Positions 12,001 to 24,479 of a stretch of DNA of 64,000 nt are shown one piece after another. A program made the position numbers and the translations under genes. The DNA is from Eledone cirrhosa. Taxonomy: Eukaryota. The stretch spans positions 152,210,001 to 152,274,000 of the forward strand of contig OZ024742.1 of the NCBI GenBank assembly GCA_964016885.1, written 5' to 3'. The notes under the pieces were generated by a model. That model did no database searches and had not been told where the DNA came from. It saw only the letters and a list, made by a program, of their open reading frames with translations. Positions within the stretch are counted from its first letter, which is position 1, and each line of letters opens with the position of its first letter.

Positions 12001-13768
12001 TTGGCCCATTACGTGCACTGCGGCTTTCATATTTCACAACTTATTATAGCTAAGTCCGTACAACAAGCTTCACTTATCAAAACTGTTCTAGATTACGTGA
12101 ATGAATTGCGGAAACTATATAGTATATCAGGGAAATTTAAGCAAGCGTATTTATCACAACATGATGAAGAAAATGAAGTATCGTCACCACGCTCCTTAAC
12201 ACCTGTGTGCCCTACTCGATAGCTAACACGACTTTCTGCAGTCAAAGCCCTTCTTGACAATTATTCAGATGTCCCTATTTCTTTACAAGAGGCAACAAAT
12301 GAGTTTGGCACCAAAATTGCATCCAGAGCTAATGTTATTCTTACATGCCACTCTCCGGGCCAATGTGTTCTTGGATTGCACGTTGTAATTCCGTTACTTC
12401 AATTCCTTGAAGGATTGAAGAAATCTTTTCAAAGTACCACCTTCAATTTAGGTAGCATGTTGCTTCTTTGAACTGTCCGACTCTATCATTGAGTTTCTTC
12501 GAGGACGCAACACAGAACTGTATAAAAAAAAACCTCGATGTGAGGCAAGACTGCGCCTACCTCGCCGACATCTTGGACAAATGCAATAGCCACATTAAGG
12601 CTTTACAGGAGGAGAAGATCACCTTGTTTAAAGCAAGGAATGCTGTGAAAATATTCCCGGCCAAATTTTAAGTCATCGAAAGGAATCTTTGTCGATGGGA
12701 ATTCTATAATTTTCCTAGTGTCGCCAATGTTCAAAACATTGTGTGCAATGCCCAACTCCAAATTTATACTGCGCACCTCCGTGCACTACAGGACAACACG
12801 AAAGAACGGTTTGTCGACCTCTTGCAGATGGACATCCCAATGTGGATAGCAGATCCCTTCATAGCTAACGTCGACGATTTCGACGTTAAATTTCGGGAAG
12901 AATTAATTGAACTTCAGACAGATCACATTATCAAAATTAAATTTTCAAAAGTAGGTGAACCCCTTTTTTTGGATGCAAGAGGAAATTCAGCGTCGATTTC
13001 TACTCCTACATGCAGAAGCTAAGAGATTTACTTAGTTCATACTTAGTCAAGAGGGGGTTTGGCGTTGTTTTCAGACTGCATAGTAAGGCTCGCACGTGGA
13101 GATCTCCGGCTACAGCTCACGAAAATCCAGCCTGACGTCAAAGAGTTAGCTAAACTCCATGAAGCTCAAGGATCCCATTGATATGAGGTCAAAGTAAGTC
13201 GATTTTTTATTTGTAGTTGCAGTCTGACTGGACTGGAAACCATCTACCACAATTCACTTACTCATTTGTTGTATATATTTTACCGTTTACATGAAAACCC
13301 TCTTGCGTGGTCTCTAAGCTCACAAAGCGGAGGGGACATCAAGTTAGATATCAACATTCATTCTGTCCGTGTCATTAAAGGGAAAATTGGAAAATGTTTA
13401 AATCATACAATTGCCACTTCCAGATAAGAGCACTCTTTGGATAGACAGAGTTGCTCTTGTATAAATGTTCAAAATAGTTGGTATCGTCTGGTGGGAATAT
13501 AACAAATTCAACTGGTCCTGATTCATAAAAAAGAACATTTATGTTCCTTTTTTTGAAATTGATATACTTCCTTTCAAGGAATGTATTTATACTTTCAACT
13601 GCCTGCAATGGTATCTTTGGGATATCGTTAATCAATTTTTTAGTAATCTACTGATATCAAATTAGTAGTATATCGAAAAATGGAAAAATAGGGTAGGGGG
13701 GGGGGGGCGTTTCGTGATTTTGATGGGGCAGAAGGGGGCGTTTGGCCGAAATGGGTTGAGAACCTTTG
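12001..13768 (+). pseudogene. Decayed hAT-superfamily transposase fragments with a Charlie/Buster-like 3' terminus
   Basis: AHYVHC...CPTR*..RLSAVKALLDNYS, then AYLADILDK..LQ..ITLFKA, WIADPF..EELIELQTD, GDLRLQLTKIQPDVK..AQGSH*. Ends ggttgagaacctttg-ctcta. Confidence 0.75.
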
Positions 13769-13771
13769 CTC

Positions 13772-14793
13772 TAAATCAAACAATCTCCAGCAAAAAATAA
13801 GCAACTACAACATTTATAAACTTAAAAATAATATGATTACACCGCCACAACATAATTTAAATAGGACTGCACCTTTTAAAAAGGCAAATAATACAATCTT
13901 TCAACCTAGAAAACACAACCACCCAAATCACCAACACAAAAACAACAGAACACAAAATCACAATACAACCCTAGCACCAAACCACCCACAAACAACCTTC
14001 ATTCTCCTGCTATCATTAATTACAATAGGAATAGCTCAAGGATTAATTAGAATAGTATAGGCACCTCCAACAACCATCTTACGTATGGCTGTAATTGCAG
14101 AAATAGAGGCATTTGCCCCTTAAATGGCAACTGTTTGATGAATAATGTATTATATGAATGCACTGCATCTACTACTGACTCCAACAAAACATATATAGGA
14201 TCTACATCAAACACATTTAAGAAAATATTTTACGCACACTCTGGTAGTTTCAACAATACTAAACTAGCAAACACCGCATCTTTAGCTGAAGCGGTAAATA
14301 ATTATAAAAAGGAAAAAAATAGATTTCAAGTTATCGTGGAACACCATTGTACAAAGAACTCCATATCTTGGGAACAGGAGGGAATGCAGATTATTTCAGG
14401 GGAGTTCTTGGTAATTACTAAATCTAAGGACGATTTATTAAATAAAAGGCAGGAATTGATCATAGTTTGTAATCACCGTATACAAAGAACATTTAAATAC
14501 AATAAACCTAATTAAATATTCTAAATAGCAACTCATTATAATTCTATATAGAGTAACATTTATTAGTACCCCTTTCCCCTAATTATATGCATTCATGCTT
14601 ATTTTTTACCTTTTAATGTTTTAGCTTCCTTAGGTTTATGCGTTAATGACTAAAGGCAACAAGGTATACAACCACCCGTAATTGCATGAGTAAATATATC
14701 CATGTATGATATGGAAATATATTTATGTGTGTGTATATATATATTTATGTATGTGTATATATGTAAATATATATATATATATATGTATATGTA

Positions 14794-14826
<33 letters not shown>

Positions 14827-16062
14827 GTGTGTTTGTGTGCGTGTATGTGAGTATGTGCGTATGAGTGTTTATATATGAGTGTGTGTACATGTATGAGGTG
14901 TGTACATACACACATATATATATGTATATATATATATATGTATATATATATATGTGTGTATATATATATAGGTATATATATATGTATATGTATGTGTATA
15001 TATATATATATGTATATATGTGTGTATAGGTGTGTATGTGTAGATATGGATATGTATGGGTATGTGTGTATATGATTATGTGCACATGTGTAAATGTGTA
15101 TTTAGGTTTGCATCTATTTGTGCGCATGTATATTTTTGGTTGGATATCAATATATAGTGTGGATATATGAACTTTGTAATCTATGATATTTATGTGTTTT
15201 AACTATGCGAACATTTATTTATCTGAGTTTTATTATTTATACATAAACATACTTGATAGTATTTTAGAGCGTATAATATGCTGTATTATACTAAGTGCAA
15301 TTTACCGCACCTTACTATATTGTGTTGGTTATGTTGTATATTTATTATCGCATTACTGTATTTCATTATCTTATTATAATTTTCATCTTTTAATATAGAA
15401 TCTTTCCTAGCCATAACCTTAATTTATATTCACCTAAAAACTCAATACAACACTAATCACCATTTATTTTTATATTTATTTTTACATTCTTTTTAAACTT
15501 CACTATACCAGATACATTCAACTATCAGTTTGACAATCCCTTTCCTCCTAATAGATTTTTATGCCAATTCTACTATTAACACCATTCAACTATTCCTTTC
15601 AAAGGATCATGACCTCAACTAAAGTGTATTACTTTTCATCTTAACACCATATGAAAAAAGAATCTGATTGGTTAGTTCTTCAACAACCTCCAAATAAGGA
15701 ATATGATACTAACATACTACTAATTCTGAATAAAATTATTATTGCTTTTGAAAACAGCTGGTGATATGCATGTTAGTAAATATTCTCTTTATCTGATATT
15801 TTGTAACTAACCTTACATAGATCAATAACGGGGTATAGCTGAAATGTATTATCATCACATAGTAACGATCTTAAAGCAGTGAAGTATATCTCTAGTGACT
15901 TGATGTTTTATTTCATTGTTTTAACTTATATCATAACTCTATTTTCCTTTTAATGTTTTATTGTTTTCCGGGATTTATCTTAACCTACACCATTTTCAAC
16001 ATACGGATTACATCGAGTTCTTCATGCAGAATAGACCCCACAACTTACTGTGTATACCTCTG

Positions 16063-16065
<3 letters not shown>
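13772..16065 (+). mobile_element. 5'-truncated Naiad-type Penelope-like retroelement
   Basis: GCNCRNRGICPLNGNCLMNNVLYEC...YIGSTSNTFKK...LLNKRQELIIVCNHR (14085-14515). Microsatellite-rich 3' UTR, degenerate HHR at 15741-15880, ends in (TA)n. Confidence 0.85.
15741..15880 (+). ncRNA. Degenerate long-stem-II hammerhead (paralogue of 913-1054)
   Basis: attgctt-TTGAAAA-cagctggtgat...atcacata-GTAA-cgatctt-a-aagcagt. Stem I is retained and the core is mutated. Confidence 0.45.
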
Positions 16066-16143
<78 letters not shown>

Positions 16144-16656
16144 AGGGTTGACGGACCCAGCATATGTATCAATGCCAGTACCGGTTGTATCTCAGCGCAC
16201 GCAATGGGCAATGTAAGATACATTCCCAGAGTATACACAAAGTTATTTGGTTCAACACAACACACATAAAACGGGAGCCTATAAGGTTCCCGGACTCGAG
16301 TGTCTGCCGCACTAATGCAGCTGTAATGTGCACTGCACCATCTGTCTGCATATATTATGCAATAATGCACAATCGGCCTATGCGGCTTCGTCAGCGGGTA
16401 TCGACAGAATCCTAAGACCACCCTATGCCGGCCATGACTGTTTGTGACGACTGACACAGTAAAGCTATTAGCAACTGGCACCCGATAGGACTCTATCTCC
16501 CAACTAGACACTGATTTACAAACTTTACGTTGGGACGGGAAGCTAAAAAGAATCAATCTTTTCGTTCCTGTCAGAAGGACTCAGCCAACGTGTCTCACAC
16601 ACAAATTATCAAGGGGTGAAAAGATGGCCAACAGAAATAGCAGTTCACATTGATAT

Positions 16657-16719
<63 letters not shown>

Positions 16720-16734
16720 ATATATATATATATA

Positions 16735-16949
16735 ACAATGGAATTGTGGTAAGGAACCAGATGGACCATAACGCACCAAAGTACTCAATACTTATGGTAG
16801 TAGAGTGGAAAATAGGAAAAAGTATGACCACGACGGCAGAGCTCAAGCCGTTTCGACGGCTATTTCTGGACTGCTATTTCGACGGCTATTTCTAGTCCAG
16901 AAATAGCCGTCGAAACGGCTTGAGCTCTGCCGTCGGGGTTATACTTTTT

Positions 16950-16954
<5 letters not shown>
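16735..16954. mobile_element. Fold-back PLE 3'-end fragment containing half-hammerheads
   Basis: Arms 16812-16872 and 16894-16954 are inverted repeats. Each reads gtc-GAAA-cggc ttgagctct gccgt-C-g(g/t)gg. The tail 16740-16810 is homologous to 23930-24000. Confidence 0.65.
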
Positions 16955-16984
<30 letters not shown>

Positions 16985-17034
16985 CTCAATAGCAAGTACT
17001 CATTTCTCTCAGCTGTCAACCATATATGTATATT

Positions 17035-17948
17035 TGGGTGGCCCTTAGCAATAGGTAATTTTCCGAAAGTTAAAACTTTGCTGCTACCACACCGAAAAAT
17101 AGTTGTTTGCCCTATACCAGCTTTGCAAGTTGCCTTTCCCATTATATTTACTAGCAGAAAAACCACCCTTCGTTGTAATTGAGAACATACACAGAGATTG
17201 AAGAGAAACTGTATTACAATTTCTTCTGTAATCGGTAGAGTAAACCATGATACATTTAAAAAAGACCATATTATATAAAAACTGCATTACGGTGAAATTT
17301 TATGAAATCGGAGAAAATTAGTGATTCGATATAGTGTCCATTAAATCATAACCGGAATATTGAATTTTGAACATGTAAATAGAAGTGAATCTTGAAATAA
17401 CGATCATTATATATAAAATCACGCAGGGTTAATTTTGCCTTTCATACTTACGGGGTCAATAAAATAAAGTACCAGTAATGCACTGGGATAATTGCTGTCC
17501 TTGTGCCAAAGGTAGAAATAATTATATATAAAATCTTTTATGTTTAATCACGAGTTAGGAAATTTAGTACATAAATTACGTAATATTCATTTACTCTTTA
17601 TTCAAAGTAATCCAACTTATTTTACAAACGGGGTAAAAATATATATTCAGGACGCAGTTCCGCACTCCTCCCTTTATTATATTATGATTGTCACTTATCC
17701 TTCTAATACCAAGAATAAGTCTGAACAAGTTTTTAATTTAAGAGAAAATTATATAAGCGATAAAAATTTTTATCTGAAAAATAAAAAAAAATAAAAATGA
17801 CTTTCCGGGCAAGAACTTCAAAGTCGATGAGGGTCGCTTTGCAGTTGTCTGCTTGAGCTAAACTTTTGCATAGAATAGTGTTTTCTCAATTGGATAGGTC
17901 GGTGGGAGCTAGACTTTTAGAAAGTTGAAAAGTAAGGGCCACACTAAT
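17035..17948. mobile_element. Non-autonomous DNA transposon with short TIRs and a nested SINE fragment (17425-17525)
   Basis: ttgggtggccctta ... taagggccacactaa termini, TA-flanked. Confidence 0.55.
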
Positions 17949-18274
17949 ATTTATATATATATCGTCAGTCGATCGACTTTCGTCAAATCGGATCGAGGAA
18001 ACAATGTTTCCGTCGGTCTTTCCAATTGCTAATACTATCTATCGGTCGCAACTCGCTCTCTCTCTATATATACATATATACATATATTAATATCATATAC
18101 ACATAAACACGTATATATATAATATTACCAGAGACTGGTTTTTATTCCCTTCTGGCGTGGGAATATAAACATTTTAATCGAATGGAAAGGAAATGAGCGA
18201 CAATATGCGGAATCTTTTTAATTAATCGAAGCAAAGTGTGACATGTAGCAATTATTTATTTACTACGGAGAGCA

Positions 18275-18945
18275 GTCAATTGACAGTATCGGTAGAACGG
18301 CGGACAGAATGCCTGTGCGGTATTTAGTTAAGACTTTCTACGTTTTGAGTCTAATTATCATCGATGTTAACCTTAGCTTTCAAATTTACGGGGCTGATAA
18401 AATAAGTAAATAAAGTACCATGGCAGCACATGAGTCAATTTAAACAACATTTCCCTTCCCTTTAAATTGCTGGCATTGTACCGAAAGTAGAAACAAATGC
18501 ATTTTTACTACTGGGTTGTGGGGCGCCAGAATCCTTTGAGCATCGGAGAACACGCTTTCCAGCATTTATTTACGACCCTTTTTTATTCTCAGTTTTAAAT
18601 CCTGCGGCGATCAATTTCCGAGGTCGATAAAATAAAGTGCTAGTTAAGTACTGGGGTCGGTATCAGCTATTTTCTCTACCTACCAAATTCCAAGCATTCT
18701 GCCTAAATTAGAAACCATTGCTTAATAATTACTGGGTTGGATTGGTATAATCGATAGAGCCCCTGACAAAATAATTTGTAGCATTTTGATACGGCTTCTT
18801 ACTTTCTCAAAATTCAAATCTCACCACGGTAAATTCGCATTTAATTCTTCCAAAATCGATAAAATAAATTATCAGTCATATACTGAAGTCGATGTAATCC
18901 ACCTTCCCCTCCACCTCAAATTCTTGCCTAAATTAGAAGTCATTT
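18275..18945 (+). mobile_element. Three tandem, diverged SINE copies
   Basis: Repeated gataaaataa-gtacc / ggtcgataaaataaagtgc / atcgataaaataaattatcag cores, each followed by a ...cctaaattagaa tail. Confidence 0.6.
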
Positions 18946-18954
18946 AAAATTGTC

Positions 18955-19049
18955 TACAACAACAACAACAACAACGATGACGATGACAACGACGACTACT
19001 ACTACTACTAATACTACTACTACTAGTACTGCTGCTGCTGCTGCTGCTG

Positions 19050-19118
<69 letters not shown>

Positions 19119-19132
19119 TTACTACTACATAC
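18955..19132. repeat. (ACA)n/(ACT)n/(GCT)n trinucleotide microsatellite
   Basis: Direct inspection. Confidence 0.95.
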
Positions 19133-19272
19133 TAATATGAAATATTCCCCGTTTGCGCTTTCCTCTTATTTCTATATATATATATATATATATTTAAAAA
19201 AAAAAAAAAATTAGAATTTGGCATTTCTCTCTAACATAGCAGATTACATAAATGTAAGAATTGGTTATAGCG

Positions 19273-19516
19273 AATAATAATTGTTTCTACTTTTGGCACA
19301 AAGCCAGCAATTATCCCAGAGCATTACTGGTACTTTATTTTATCGACCCCCGTAAGGATGAAAGGCAACGTTAACCTCGGCGGGATTTGAACTCAGATCA
19401 TAAAGGGAGGTAACTCTATGCTTCAAAGCATGTCGTGCGACCCTCAACCGTTATATCGAATAATAATTGTTTCTACTTTAGGCACAAGGCCAGCAATTAC
19501 CCAGTGCATTACTGAT
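19273..19516 (-). mobile_element. SINE inserted at the tail of another SINE
   Basis: gttata(g/t)cgaataataattgtttctact duplicated at ~19264 and ~19450. Confidence 0.7.
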
Positions 19517-19529
19517 AATATTCAATTCG

Positions 19530-20238
<709 letters not shown>

Positions 20239-20391
20239 CAAGATTCGCAAGTGCAAATAATGAAAACGGAAAGTATTATTATATATTTATCATTATATAT
20301 TTATATCCAAACTCTGTTTCGTGTATGAACCTAAATGAATAATAGAATTCATATAAATAAAATGGAATAATATAATATTATACACACACAC

Positions 20392-20427
<36 letters not shown>

Positions 20428-21608
20428 CAAGAATAAACAAGTCAAACGCAGAGTTTCATAAACGCCTAGTATTATTAGGTTCACGGTTATATATATATAT
20501 GGTGTATGTGTATTTCGATGTTGGTAAATTGATGAGAAAATAGAAAGGAAGGACATGTAAATATGACAGTTAAATAACTTTATACTGAATGGAAATTATA
20601 TATGACTTGTATAAGAGTGTAGACGCTATTTATATGTGAAGGTAAAACGCTTGGGATGTTTACTAAACGCCATTTTCCAACAATATGAATGTAACACATT
20701 TCCAAAATAGAAAACAACATCAATAACAAAAATCATACTAACGAATTACAGAAGTGTGAATTAAATATACCTTGCTCGTCACGTGGTTTCAGTTATGTTG
20801 GAAGGTTATTGAAAAGTAAGGACTATAAGTAAATGAAAGTGGAATTTATTTTAATCAACCATATCCTACAGGCAGTAAAATTGGGAATCTAATATTTGAT
20901 AGATATTGGACTGCCATTTGTAAATTCGTATGTGGTTGGGGAGGGGGAAATCTGGCACTTGCATCGATAGGGTTACCCATAAATTAGTCAGTTTCTTGAC
21001 CTAGTGGCCTGTGAATAATTACAAGAGAAGTTTGAAGTTAGTCATTGGAAAACATAATTTTCATATTGAAAGTAAGCAGACCTTTTGACATCCTAATAAC
21101 ACAGCCCACATATCCTCAATAGTACTATCCAACAAACGTATCTTAGCAAATACAAATTTGTATTTCATTTCCTTTTCGTTAATTGTATTAAGAATTGTTA
21201 CCACATGAGCTTATAGATATATCTGTTGGTGCCAACACTTAATCCCAGAACTCTTCAAAGTTTCAATTCAATAGAAATAGAATATTTTATGAAATTAATG
21301 AATCATCGCTTGATATCAGACGCTCAAATTGTTCCTCGTTCCTTCCTTGAGCAAGCAAAAACACACATGCATGTACATGCACACAGTCAGATACGAACAC
21401 GCACACACACACACACATACACCCTACCACATACACACACATATATATTCATGTATGTATATATATATATATCTCTCTCTATATATATATATGAGAGAAA
21501 GAGAGAGAATGAGAGATTTTACATTATATATACATACACAAGTACAAACGTACACACACTCACACACTCACACACACACACGCACACACACTCACACGTA
21601 TATATATA

Positions 21609-21692
<84 letters not shown>

Positions 21693-22199
21693 TCTATATA
21701 TATATACTAACACATGCACACAAGTACGCTCACACCCAAAGTAACGTGGTTGTGTGTATGATGTGTTTACTCGTGTGGTTATATTTTTACATTACATGGA
21801 ATCATGAACAATAAACATTTATGATTAAACGGGGGACCAACGGGCCAATCACTAATTTACTGTATTTTCAAGGTAGAAATTGACAGATGGTGTTTCCGTA
21901 CTTGATATTTGAATCTTTCTATTTAACGGCTTAATTTAATTCTGATTGCAGCTTTCCAGACGTTGGAGTCATATTGTCAACGGCGCAATTTTCTGTCTAT
22001 TGTGTGTCGAAAGAAAAGAGAAAGGAGAAAGAGAGAGCGGCACAAGGGCAAGGTGACTTTTGGTTGAATTTGTCTATGTTGAGAAGCACAAATTTCATCC
22101 ATAATTAATATGTTTTGAGATCTTAAATTTCTATATATATATAGAAATTCATATAAAAAACCTCGCAAAACTAATTCATCGCCGTTATATATATATATA

Positions 22200-22360
22200 T
22201 GTCGGATGCCATGCTTTGGCGCATAGAGTTACGGCCCTTGCCATTCTGAGTTCAAATCTCGCCGAGGTTAACTTTGCCATTCATCCTTACGGGGTCGATA
22301 AAATAAAGTACCAGTAATACACTGGTGAATTGCTGGCCTTGTGTCTAACGTAGAAACAGT
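22200..22360 (+). mobile_element. SINE (Meta-like family)
   Basis: gagttcaaatctcgccgaggttaactttgccattcatccttacggggtcgataaaataaagtaccag. Confidence 0.8.
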
Positions 22361-22385
22361 TATATATATATATATATATATATAT

Positions 22386-23330
22386 AGTTATATTCTAGCA
22401 ATGTCATATAGACAATAAAAACATGCACATCAGTTCAATTTCACTTCAGTTTATTATTAGTGGAATAACTAATGCATTCGAACATTACTATTGTAGTAAC
22501 TATGGCGACAGTGTGTTGACTATAGCAACGCAGTGTCGCCACCTGTGGGTAACACAAACAAATAGCGAATTACTTCCCTTATCTCGGCGTTCTCTAGAAG
22601 AAGAGACGTCAATGTAAAACTCAAGAGATTTGGTTTTCAATTCCAGTCGCCTTTGTCCTGCCACGTGGACGTACTTTGTAAAAACGCCTGTTTTGGACCA
22701 AGAAATGTTCATATCTCTTCTTGAATGTAAGAATTAAGCCATTGCCGTTTAGCTTGCAGGGTATGTCCTATGAATGTAATTATTATGTTGTGTTTCATTA
22801 AATGAATCATTGAATAAAAGATTAGCCTTGTTATCGTTAAAGCCCTTCTGATTTAATTAATAATCTTGGAGAGATGAGATGTCGTTCACACACCTGGACG
22901 ATATATCATTTTTGTAAATTGGTGACCCCGACGTGATTTGAACACTCGGTCTTCTTACTTCCAGGATTTACCACCGATGGACACTAGAAAGCAAACTGTA
23001 AAAACTGCCGTCCCAAGGGATATTGCCTTGTGGACACATGTGTTCGTTAGAGACGACGCTGTGAGACCCCCTCTCACACGGCTGTACTCTGGACCCTATC
23101 GTCTGCTTGCTCGTATAGAGAAACATTTCACAGTGGACATTAGGGGGTCCAGGGAAACTGTTTCCGTTGATCGCCTCAAACGAGCCAATCTGGACACTGA
23201 CACAGTGACACTTGAACCACAAATGCCCCTTCTTTTTCTTCGCCACGTACACTTGTTTCTTCGTCCCCCCACCACCGACATACAGAAATACGACCCGTTC
23301 AGGTCGAAGGGTGCATTGGCCCCGTAAGCT
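22386..23330 (+). mobile_element. Gypsy (CsRn1-like) LTR retrotransposon remnant: putative LTR, PBS and integrase C-terminus
   Basis: AATAAA-containing ~530-bp segment (left boundary uncertain), PBS at 22920, then VFVRDDAVRPPLTRLYSGPYRLLARIEKHFTVDIRGSRETVSVDRLKRA (GPY/F integrase tail). Confidence 0.75.
22920..22945 (+). promoter_or_regulatory. Primer-binding site complementary to the tRNA-Trp 3' end
   Basis: tggtgaccccgacgtgatttgaacac is the reverse complement of GTGTTCAAATCACGTCGGGGTCACCA, the animal tRNA-Trp 3' end as I recall it. Confidence 0.8.
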
Positions 23331-23347
23331 ATGCAGTACTATATTGT

Positions 23348-23404
23348 AGTCCAGAAATAGCCGTCGAAACGGCTTGAGATCTGCCGTCGAGGTTATACTT
23401 TTTC

Positions 23405-23408
<4 letters not shown>
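23348..23408 (+). mobile_element. Half-hammerhead PLE fragment (same family as 16894-16954)
   Basis: tagtccagaaatagccgtcGAAAcggcttgagatctgccgtcgaggttatactttttcc. Confidence 0.6.
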
Positions 23409-23437
<29 letters not shown>

Positions 23438-23806
23438 TGTGTGGAGGGGCATGTGTGTGTGAGCGTGTGAGCGTGTGTGCGTATGTGTGTATGTGTGTGT
23501 GTAAAGTGAGGAGTAAGAAACATATAGAGAAGGAACGAGGGTGATACAGGATTGTTGAATGATAAAATGCTGGCAGGTGTGATATTTTTGAATATTTTCT
23601 TATGGCCTAACATAACAATCCCATGAATTATTTCTTATAAAACTCCTGTGGATTTAGCCTGACGCTTAAGTTACTTATAGCCAAATGCTGTATTGTTAAA
23701 CTAGATACCTTTCGGAGTTATATATATATTTGCAATAAATATACAAATGCATATACAGAAACAATTAACTAGCACAGAAGCAAACATATGTATATATATA
23801 TATATA

Positions 23807-24005
23807 TATGAAAAGATTCAGGACCCCGACGGCTGAGCTCTGGCCGTTTCGACAGCTAGATCCGAATAGTTCGGATTTAGCTGACGAAATGGCTGGAGCT
23901 CAGCCGTCGGGGTCCTGAATCTTTTCATATTACCCACTCTACTACCCGAAGTATCGAGTACTCTGATGTGTTATGGTCCACCTGGTTTTTTACCACAACC
24001 TATCT
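23807..24005. mobile_element. Fold-back PLE 3'-end fragment (~60-bp arms, 3-nt loop)
   Basis: atgaaaagattcaggaccccgacggctgagct...tccgaa tag ttcgga...agctcagccgtcggggtcctgaatcttttcat. Confidence 0.7.
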
Positions 24006-24202
24006 GATATATATATATGTATATATATATAAATGGAATAGAATAAAACGAAATGAAATTTCGTTTCATTCTATTCCATTTATCGTTTTCGGTGCGCCCG
24101 GCCGACTAAACTCACTCGATATGCAAATTAGGCTGCTCAGCCATTAATATCCATACGGAAAGTATATACTTTCAGACGTTCAACCATCTGGCAGGAAGGT
24201 AT

Positions 24203-24245
24203 ACGATGCTGACGATAGCTAATAAGCTTGAAACTAGTACATTGT
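24203..24245 (+). ncRNA. Minimal type I hammerhead ribozyme
   Basis: acgatg-CTGACGA-t agct aata agct t-GAAA-ctagt-A-cattgt. Palindromic ACTAGT stem III. Lies in a short element (24030-24365) that begins with a hairpin at 24029-24084. Confidence 0.7.
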
Positions 24246-24479
24246 TCTTGTGTCAGTGTTGAACAAAAAGGTGACGGGTTTCCTAAACACTGTACGGCCA
24301 AAGTCGGGCTGTTTGTTTGTTTACAAACAAACCGAGCATTATAATAAATGTTCGGTAAACCGATACGTGCATATATATATATGTGTGCATGTATGTATAT
24401 ATATACATACTACTGTACGTCTGTATACATCTATGTATGTACGTATACATACATACATACTTACATTTATATATATATA

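Noticed and set aside
23879-23915. CTGACGA as the 5' core of a complete hammerhead
   Set aside because: The mirror arm shows ctgtcGAAA. The CTGACGA arises from a point change in the stem II 3' arm, and no downstream GAAA closes a core.
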